NCBI GenBank assembly: GCA_028712365.1
Contig: JAQTQE010000007.1
Coordinates: 1,026 to 65,025, forward strand
Length of the DNA: 64,000 nt
DNA from: a bacterium
GTDB lineage: Bacteria; CAYTYR01; UBA6262
Direction of reading: 5' to 3'
The position numbers and the translations under genes are program-made. This document shows positions 57,098-64,000 of the stretch, one piece after another; position 1 is the first letter of the stretch, and the number at the start of each line of letters is the position of its first letter. The notes below the pieces were generated by a model. The model searched no databases and was not told the DNA's origin. It worked only from the letters and a program-made list of their open reading frames with translations.

Positions 57098-59302
57098 CTA
57101 CCAGAGATAATTTACCTTGACTTCATAACTCACCGGTTCAATTTCATAGTAATGCCCCGGGTCCATCGCATTACCGTTCAGATAGAGTTTATTGGTCACG
57201 TTCTTACCGATGATCGACAGATTCAGGTTTTTCAGCCCAACGTTTTTGGCCGTGGCAGTTAGGTCGACGGTAGAACCACCTGTAAATACGCTCGGGTGAT
57301 AGTAATCCGCCCAGAATTCTTCACTTCTTACTGCGATCTTCCCATGATGTTTCCAGATACCGGAGATACTATAGTTTTCAGTAATGTCGTAATATCCGCC
57401 AATGGACACATTGTACCGCGGCACGCTGGAACGGTTGAATTTGCCTTCATCTGGAGCATTATTCCAGGCCCAGGCAATTTCATCCATTGCCTTGTCAACA
57501 GCATTCACTCCTGATCCGCTGGCAAATTTTGAATCGTGCAAATTCTTGATCCGATTTTCAAATAATTGACTGCCGGAAATAAAAGCGCCAAATTGGCGCC
57601 AGTCATAAGACAAGTTTGCTTCTACTCCTCTTACCTTCTGGTCACCCATATTGAAAAAGCCGCGGAGTTCGCCAGGATTCAATACTGGCCACGCTGTGCC
57701 AGTATATATAAAGTTGGCAAAGTCATATAGTTGCGCTTGATAATAACTGGTGAGCAATTTCATGTTCTTGATCGGCCGCCAGTCAATGACGAACTCAGTG
57801 CTTTCCGAGGTAGTAGCATTCTGAGTCCCTCTTAGATCAATATTATTATGTTCTGAATATCTCTCAAAAGTATTCATCCTGGTAAACGCTTGCTGATAAA
57901 TGCCTTTCAAATACAGGTTCTCGATCGGGCTATACACTACCGCGCCTTTCGGGAAGAACTTGTGCATTTTCTCACGCGAATCACGGAATTGGTCGCCAGG
58001 ATTAAATTCACTTACATAACGACCGCCACCAGTCAGACTGAGATTATCCAGTAACTGATACTTGGCATCAATATAACCCTCAAAAGCAGCTATATCATTA
58101 CCCATTTCGGTAAAGGTAGGCAAAAATTCCGGCGGATCAATAATATTGCCGCTGCCGGCCACATTAGGATCCCAGGGCCTGGTATTTGGGTTCCAGTTTA
58201 CTGTCGGGCCGGACCCCTGCGGGCTCCACACGCCAACCTGCGCGCCGAGCACTACGCTTAGTTGTTCAATAGGCGATAGCAGGAAATTGGTATCAAGCTC
58301 ATATCTTTTCTCACTTTTCATCTCATAGCCGCCCACCGTCTCATCCGTGAAGCGGAATACGTCGTACATCTGGTAAAAATTGTTATATCTTAAGGTGGTA
58401 GTCCAATCGACATTCTTGAAATATTCAGGCTTCTTGATAATGATATTCAAGTCATCCGCATAATTCTCAATATACTTAGCGCTAAAACCTTTATCCTGAC
58501 GCCCGGTCCTGGATTCAAGCCGCCGATACGCGATAGTGAATTCCTTATAATTGGCGCTGGCAAATATTTCATAATCAGGCAGGGGATTAGCGATATCATG
58601 AGCATCCAAATTAGTCGTATTGGGGCCCCACCACTCTTTAATATTCCGGTAAAAACCTTTATAGTATACTGAATTAGCTAAAAATTGGTAGGAGAAATCT
58701 TCAGTTGGTTTTTGAGAATAATTAACATTATATCGCGCCATGCCATATTTCCCTATAGTAATACCAGTCTTCAGGCCCTGGAAATGATCTGGACCTTTAT
58801 GAACAATGTTTATCGTGGCCTGGGTCGCTTGGCCACCCCAGATAGAGGTGTTCGGCCCCTTAATTAATTCAATCCTTTCCACTTCCGCCATGTCACCAGC
58901 CGGCCAGTTATTCTCACCCAAACCTAAAAATGTCGGGAAAAGCATGCCATCATAAAGGAATAGTATTTTGTCATTGGCATAACCTACGACTCCTCTTAGC
59001 GCCAATACTTCATCCATACCTTTATGTGTATGATAGCCACCTTCTATCACTTCAAACAAGTCATTGATATTCCTGATCGCATACCTTTCCAGAAACTTCC
59101 CCGGGATAATAGTCACATTAGCTGCCGCTTCATAGGTTTTTTCCAACCGTCTGGTAACCCCGCTGACATTCTCCGAAAATAACAATTCATCTTCTGTCCG
59201 CTCCACCGGTGACAACATTACCGTGGATTCCGCTTGAACTGGAGAGTAAAGGCCAAGGCTGCAGGCCATTAACAATAATAATATTGAAACATTCTTCAGC
59301 AT
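57098..59302 (-). CDS. TonB-dependent-receptor-like outer-membrane beta-barrel protein with a plug domain. Paralogue 1.
   Basis: It has a signal peptide and a plug motif (ANVTIIPGKF...LRGV...ILFLYDGMLF...IERIELIKGPNTSIWGGQATQATINIV). The ~600-aa barrel ends ...VKVNYLW, a terminal aromatic residue. Confidence 0.7.
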   Translation of the reverse strand: MLKNVSILLLLMACSLGLYSPVQAESTVMLSPVERTEDELLFSENVSGVTRRLEKTYEAAANVTIIPGKFLERYAIRNINDLFEVIEGGYHTHKGMDEVLALRGVVGYANDKILFLYDGMLFPTFLGLGENNWPAGDMAEVERIELIKGPNTSIWGGQATQATINIVHKGPDHFQGLKTGITIGKYGMARYNVNYSQKPTEDFSYQFLANSVYYKGFYRNIKEWWGPNTTNLDAHDIANPLPDYEIFASANYKEFTIAYRRLESRTGRQDKGFSAKYIENYADDLNIIIKKPEYFKNVDWTTTLRYNNFYQMYDVFRFTDETVGGYEMKSEKRYELDTNFLLSPIEQLSVVLGAQVGVWSPQGSGPTVNWNPNTRPWDPNVAGSGNIIDPPEFLPTFTEMGNDIAAFEGYIDAKYQLLDNLSLTGGGRYVSEFNPGDQFRDSREKMHKFFPKGAVVYSPIENLYLKGIYQQAFTRMNTFERYSEHNNIDLRGTQNATTSESTEFVIDWRPIKNMKLLTSYYQAQLYDFANFIYTGTAWPVLNPGELRGFFNMGDQKVRGVEANLSYDWRQFGAFISGSQLFENRIKNLHDSKFASGSGVNAVDKAMDEIAWAWNNAPDEGKFNRSSVPRYNVSIGGYYDITENYSISGIWKHHGKIAVRSEEFWADYYHPSVFTGGSTVDLTATAKNVGLKNLNLSIIGKNVTNKLYLNGNAMDPGHYYEIEPVSYEVKVNYLW

Positions 59303-59319
59303 ATCTCATCCCCCTTTTG

Positions 59320-60267
59320 CTATTTTACCGTTTCTTCGTAAATAAAGGTAGCCGCTTTGATAATCTCCGGAGAGAACTTGACCCCTAATTTTTTCGCCAC
59401 TATCAAATTAAGGGAGAAATTGATCTTCCGCGGCTGCACTGAAGCGATATCCTTCGGTTTGGTCCCGTCTATTATCTTGACCGCTAATTCGCCGGCTTGT
59501 TTTCCCATATCCAGATAATCGCAATCAAAGGATATGATCGCCCCGTCCTTGCTATAATACCTGGATAAGCCAACCACCGGTAACTTTTGTTTTAGGCTTT
59601 CCTGCAGTAAATATTTTACTGACTGGGGAAAATATATTTGCGTGTCCGGGATCATGATAAATATTTCTACCTGGGATTTTATCCCCCTAATAGCTTCTGG
59701 CAACTGCTTTTCCGAATTGACTTTTTCGGCAATTAATTTCATGCCTAATTCATTACTAGCCTGTTGTAACTCCACGGCTTTAGCCGTGGTCCGGTCGGAA
59801 AACACCGCCCCTAGTATATTTACTCCAGGAAACAATTTTTTAATCCACTCCAATTTCATTTTTGCCGGGATATCCATTAAAACCCCAGTGATATTTGGCT
59901 CATTAAACAATCCAGGCTCTAGCACCAGGGCAAAAACGATAGGGATATTTTTAAAACTAACTTGCGCGAGCCTGGTCGCCTTAGTGCCCAGGGCAAATAT
60001 GATCTGCGGTTTTTCCTCCGCGACCTGGGAAATGATCTTTTCCGGGCTTTGTTCATTTAAATTATACTTGGAAACCCATAAAGCAACATTTTTGGAAGTC
60101 AAATACGTCCTGAAACCTTCCCAAGCTTGCTGGTATGGTTCACTACTTGAAGAATAAATTACTGAAACGATCACCCGTTCCGCCGCATAGCTATTAATAG
60201 CCGCGCAAGCGGGATTAATAAAAAGCCAGCTGGTTATGACGCTTAATAATAAAGCAATGTATTTCAT
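59320..60267 (-). CDS. Periplasmic PF04392-like substrate-binding protein, paralogue 2.
   Basis: It shares about 50 % identity with 56150-57076 over the whole length (VIVSVIYSS...PIVFALVL...IMIPDTQIYFPQSVKYLLQESL). Confidence 0.6.
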   Translation of the reverse strand: MKYIALLLSVITSWLFINPACAAINSYAAERVIVSVIYSSSSEPYQQAWEGFRTYLTSKNVALWVSKYNLNEQSPEKIISQVAEEKPQIIFALGTKATRLAQVSFKNIPIVFALVLEPGLFNEPNITGVLMDIPAKMKLEWIKKLFPGVNILGAVFSDRTTAKAVELQQASNELGMKLIAEKVNSEKQLPEAIRGIKSQVEIFIMIPDTQIYFPQSVKYLLQESLKQKLPVVGLSRYYSKDGAIISFDCDYLDMGKQAGELAVKIIDGTKPKDIASVQPRKINFSLNLIVAKKLGVKFSPEIIKAATFIYEETVK

Positions 60268-60292
60268 TTATCTGTCCTGCTCCTGGCGTTTA

Positions 60293-62443
60293 TTACCATA
60301 AATAACTTGCTTTTACTTCATAATAAACCGGATTAATCTCGGTAAAAGCGGAAGCATCCATCGCGCTGCCGGTAATATAATTGGAATTCAATACATTTTT
60401 ACCAATAATGCTAAAACTCAGGTTTTTAAATATCACGTCCCTGGCTACCGCGGAAAGATCGATCTGCGTCCCGCCATTAAAATAAGAATCCAGGCGTCCG
60501 CCGCCGCTGCGATCACCCCGGACCTGGATCTTTTGGTGGACCTTATATATTCCGGAAACGCTATATTTATCAGTCAGATCATAATAACCGCCAATACTTA
60601 AGTTATAGCGCGGTACAGACGCTTTATTGAAATCTTTGTCCATCTCGGGAATTATCACTCCTGATCCAGTGGCCAGGCCAGGCACTATATTATCGATCTT
60701 ATTCTTCAGCAAATGGCTGCCGGAAATAAAGCCCCCCATATTTTTCCAGTCATACGAAATATTCGCTTCCAGGCCTTGTACCTGGTGATCGCCGACGTTG
60801 AAAAATCCCCGATATTGGCCGGGATCGACAAAAGGCCAAGCCGACCCGGTATACACAAAATTAACAAAATCATATAACGTCGCTTGGTAATAGCTTCCCA
60901 GTATTTTTGCATTTTTAAATGGCCTCCAATCAACCACGAACTCTGTTGACTTGGAAGTTGTAGCTTTTTGAGATCCTCTTTTATCAATATTGATCTGTTC
61001 AGAATACCGCTCAAAAGTATTCAATCTGGTAAAAGCCTGCTGGTAAATGCCCTTCAAATAAAAATTTTCCAGCGGATTGTAGACTACAGCTGCTTTTGGG
61101 AAAAAATGATGCAGTTTCTCCCTTTCATCCCTGAATTGGTCACCGGGATTGAACTCCTCTACATACCTGCCGCCGGTGGTCAGAGTAATATTATCACGGA
61201 TCTTGTATTTAATATCGATATATCCTTCCAGCGCCGCGATGTCATTACCCATCTCTGTGAAGGTAGGTAGAAATTCCGGTGGATTATAAATATTGCCGGA
61301 ATTAGGGACATTGGGATCCCACCAGCGCATGACCGGGTTCCAGGCAACGGACGAGCCGGAACCCTGCGGGCTCCAGACGCTGGCCTGCGCGCCCAGGACC
61401 AGGTCCAGCCGATCGGTGAACGTGACCAGTATATTCGAGTCAACCTCATACCTTTTTTCAGTTTTTAATTCATAATTACTGGTACCAGCGTCAGCGGAAA
61501 AATTATGAAACACATCATACATTTGATAAAAATTAGCGAACCTGAATGTAGTCGTCCAATTGATATTGCTGAAAAATTCTGGTTTCTTAATTATGACATT
61601 TATATCATCAACAAAGTTATTAATATAAATATTCCGGTAGATCCTGCTGGCAGTTATTTCCTCCCGGTGCACTCTCTCTTCCAAACGTCGATAGGATAAA
61701 GTAAAATCTTTATACCGCACATTGGCAAAGACCTGGTAATCAGGCAGAGGATTAACCTGGTTGGCCCCGTCCGTGATCCGCAGGCGCACTCCGCCATATT
61801 CTTCGATCCAACGCCGGCATCCTTTATAATAAGTTGAGTTTAACAACAGCTGGTAGCTCAAGTCATCATTAGGTTTCTGCGCATAATTTATATTATAGCG
61901 AGCCATACCGAACTTGCCGGCTACCACGCTCGTTTTCAAGCCGCTAAATTGTTCCGCCCCTTTATGAACAATATTGATCGTCCCCTGGGTCCCCTGACCG
62001 CCCCAAATTGATGTATTTGGTCCCTTGATAAGTTCGATTTTTTCCACATCATCAAAAGTATTTGGCCAGTTGTTCTCGCCTAAGCCTAAAAATGTCGGGA
62101 AAAGCATGCCATCATACAGGAACAATATTTTGTCATTGGCGTATCCGGAGACGCCTCTCAACACCAGGACTTCATCAACGCCCTTTATGGTGTGCCAGCC
62201 GCCCTCTAACACTTCAAACAGGTCATTGATATTCCTAATGGCATATCTTTCCAGGAATTTCCCGGGGATAACCGTAACATTGGCTGCCGCTTCATAGGTT
62301 TTTTCTTGCCGTTTAGTAACGCCCGTCACTATTTCCTCAAACAAAAGCTGTTCTTCGGTTAGCTCTTCCTGGCCCAATACTTCCAGGTTGATCCCGAACA
62401 AGATAATAAAGATCACACAAATAGTCATAAAATACTTAGGCAT
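60293..62443 (-). CDS. TonB-dependent-receptor-like outer-membrane protein, paralogue 2.
   Basis: It has a signal peptide and the same plug and barrel motifs as paralogue 1 (IELIKGPNTSIWGGQGTQGTINIV ... YEVKASYLW). Confidence 0.7.
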   Translation of the reverse strand: MPKYFMTICVIFIILFGINLEVLGQEELTEEQLLFEEIVTGVTKRQEKTYEAAANVTVIPGKFLERYAIRNINDLFEVLEGGWHTIKGVDEVLVLRGVSGYANDKILFLYDGMLFPTFLGLGENNWPNTFDDVEKIELIKGPNTSIWGGQGTQGTINIVHKGAEQFSGLKTSVVAGKFGMARYNINYAQKPNDDLSYQLLLNSTYYKGCRRWIEEYGGVRLRITDGANQVNPLPDYQVFANVRYKDFTLSYRRLEERVHREEITASRIYRNIYINNFVDDINVIIKKPEFFSNINWTTTFRFANFYQMYDVFHNFSADAGTSNYELKTEKRYEVDSNILVTFTDRLDLVLGAQASVWSPQGSGSSVAWNPVMRWWDPNVPNSGNIYNPPEFLPTFTEMGNDIAALEGYIDIKYKIRDNITLTTGGRYVEEFNPGDQFRDEREKLHHFFPKAAVVYNPLENFYLKGIYQQAFTRLNTFERYSEQINIDKRGSQKATTSKSTEFVVDWRPFKNAKILGSYYQATLYDFVNFVYTGSAWPFVDPGQYRGFFNVGDHQVQGLEANISYDWKNMGGFISGSHLLKNKIDNIVPGLATGSGVIIPEMDKDFNKASVPRYNLSIGGYYDLTDKYSVSGIYKVHQKIQVRGDRSGGGRLDSYFNGGTQIDLSAVARDVIFKNLSFSIIGKNVLNSNYITGSAMDASAFTEINPVYYEVKASYLW

Positions 62444-62466
62444 TGTATTGTTCCCCTATTTTTATT

Positions 62467-64000
62467 TTACCAGAGATAACCGATTTGCACTTCGTAATAC
62501 ACCGGATTGATTTCCTGAAAATGGCCAGGATCCATGGAACTGCCGGTGATGAAGTGGGAATTAAGCACATTTTTACCGATTATGCTTAAATCCAGGTTCT
62601 TGACAAAAACGCCTTTCGCCGTACCGGCCAGATCCAACTGAGTCCCGCCATTGAAGTTATAGCCCGACCACCCGCCACCATCGCGGTCACCCCGGACCTG
62701 GATCTTTTGATGGACCTTATAAACGCCTGAAACACTGTATTGCGAAGTAATATCATAATAAGCTCCTAAAGCGATATTATAACGGGGTACCGCGGATTTA
62801 TTAAAATCAGAATCGATCTCCGTATCAATAACGCCGGTGCCTCCAGCCAATCCCGTCACTATGTTGGCGATCTTATTCTTGAGCAAATGGCTGCCGGAAA
62901 TAAAGCCGCCCATATTCTTCCAGTCATATGAAATATTGGCCTCTATCCCCCTGACTTGATGATCACCAACATTAAAAAATCCCCGCAACTGGCCAGGCAC
63001 TATAGTCGGCCACGAAGTTCCGGTATAGACAAAATTAACAAAATCATAAAGAGTCGCTTGATAATAGCTGGCGAGCACTTTCATATTGGTTATAGGCTTC
63101 CAATCAATTACCAACTCACTAGATTCACTGGTGGTCGCTTTTTGGCTACCTCTCTTGTCAATATTGACTTGCTCAGAATACCGCTCGAAAGTATTCAATC
63201 TGGTAAAAGCCTGCTGGTAAATACCTTTCAGGTATAGATTCCGTAGCGGGTTATAAACAGCCGCGACCTTGGGGAAAAACTTATGCAGTTTTTCCCTGTC
63301 ATCACGGAACTGGTCACCAGGATTAAATTCACCGACATAGCGGCCGCCTACGGTAAAACTCAATTCTTTTAAAACATCATACTTAACGTCGACATAAGTT
63401 TCTATGGCGGCAATATCATTACCCATTTCAGTAAAAGTAGGCAAGAATTCCGGAGGATCTACCACATTGCCCGTGCCTGGTGTATTCGGATCCCAGCTGC
63501 GGGTAACCGGATTCCAAGAAACGGTAGGGCCTGACCCTTGAGGGCTCCACACCCCGGCCTGGACCCCAAAAATAAGGCTTAGCTTATCAACAGGAGTGAT
63601 CAACAGGTTAGAATCCACTTCATATCTTTTCTCAGATTTCATCTCATACGTATCAGGCAAATCTCCTTGATTAAAATGAAACACATCATACATCTGATAG
63701 AAATTATTGAATCGTAAGGTAGTGGTCCAATCGGTATTTTTGTAATATTCCGGTTTTTTGATTATGATATTCACATCATCAGCGTAATTTTCAATATATT
63801 TCTTCCGATAAGTGCCATCATAATTAGTAATTTGCCTTAACACCCGTTCTTCCAGGCGGCGATAAGCTAAACTAAAATCTTTATACGCTACATTAGCAAA
63901 CACCTGATAATCAGGCATAGGATTAAGCATATCCGCGCCATCCACAACCTGCGTCGTCACCGTACCCCATCCCTCAGAGGCTCTCCAGGCGCCTTCATAA
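62467..64000 (-). CDS. TonB-dependent-receptor-like outer-membrane protein, paralogue 3. The N-terminus runs past the right edge of the window.
   Basis: The frame stays open to nt 64000 (…YEGAWRASEGWGTVTTQVVDGADMLNPMPDYQVF). It aligns to the middle of paralogues 1 and 2 and ends ...YEVQIGYLW. Confidence 0.65.
   Translation of the reverse strand, partial: YEGAWRASEGWGTVTTQVVDGADMLNPMPDYQVFANVAYKDFSLAYRRLEERVLRQITNYDGTYRKKYIENYADDVNIIIKKPEYYKNTDWTTTLRFNNFYQMYDVFHFNQGDLPDTYEMKSEKRYEVDSNLLITPVDKLSLIFGVQAGVWSPQGSGPTVSWNPVTRSWDPNTPGTGNVVDPPEFLPTFTEMGNDIAAIETYVDVKYDVLKELSFTVGGRYVGEFNPGDQFRDDREKLHKFFPKVAAVYNPLRNLYLKGIYQQAFTRLNTFERYSEQVNIDKRGSQKATTSESSELVIDWKPITNMKVLASYYQATLYDFVNFVYTGTSWPTIVPGQLRGFFNVGDHQVRGIEANISYDWKNMGGFISGSHLLKNKIANIVTGLAGGTGVIDTEIDSDFNKSAVPRYNIALGAYYDITSQYSVSGVYKVHQKIQVRGDRDGGGWSGYNFNGGTQLDLAGTAKGVFVKNLDLSIIGKNVLNSHFITGSSMDPGHFQEINPVYYEVQIGYLW

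Overview
This 64-kb window is densely coded, with nearly every gene on the minus strand. GC is about 42-45 %. Two proteins carry type-IX-secretion C-terminal sorting domains and one is PorV/PorQ-like. From that I infer an uncultivated Bacteroidota/FCB-superphylum-like bacterium. Gene order on the minus strand, from high to low coordinates, is as follows.

- Three tandem TonB-dependent-receptor-like outer-membrane paralogues, two PF04392-type periplasmic binding proteins and an HD-GYP phosphodiesterase.
- A tRNA-Arg/Lys/Leu cluster.
- argG-argH, a TolC-like protein, patatin and a TPR protein.
- A lysine (DapL-route) cluster: lysA-dapF-dapA-dapB, then FAH and HEAT-repeat proteins, then dapL.
- folK-panB, a 470-bp unexplained GC-rich gap, an a/b hydrolase, panC-nadB.
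- A histidine kinase with a degenerate GGDEF-like tail plus two response regulators.
- uvrA.
- A re-ordered Tol-Pal cluster: pal-cpoB-tolA-like-tolB-tolQ-tolR.
- Secreted CARDB-like proteins, a giant FN3-repeat T9SS cargo and a PorV-like protein.
- tRNA-Leu on the plus strand, smpB, then ssrA (tmRNA) with a duplicated 3' end.
- An amidase, murI, queD-queC-queE.
- A 1246-aa multi-domain glycoside hydrolase, a cupin, a GIY-YIG-like protein, an APH-like kinase, a T9SS-CTD protein, an S1 protease, an MBL hydrolase and a sugar ABC importer.

No CRISPR array, integrase, reverse transcriptase or transposase was seen. The most unusual items are listed below.

- The TBDR-like x3 / SBP x2 / HD-GYP module.
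- The histidine kinase-pseudoGGDEF fusion.
- The duplicated tmRNA 3' end (att-like).
- An atypical tmRNA tag frame.
- Two families of dispersed palindromic intergenic repeats.
- A GC-rich, structured-looking non-coding stretch at 37690-38162.
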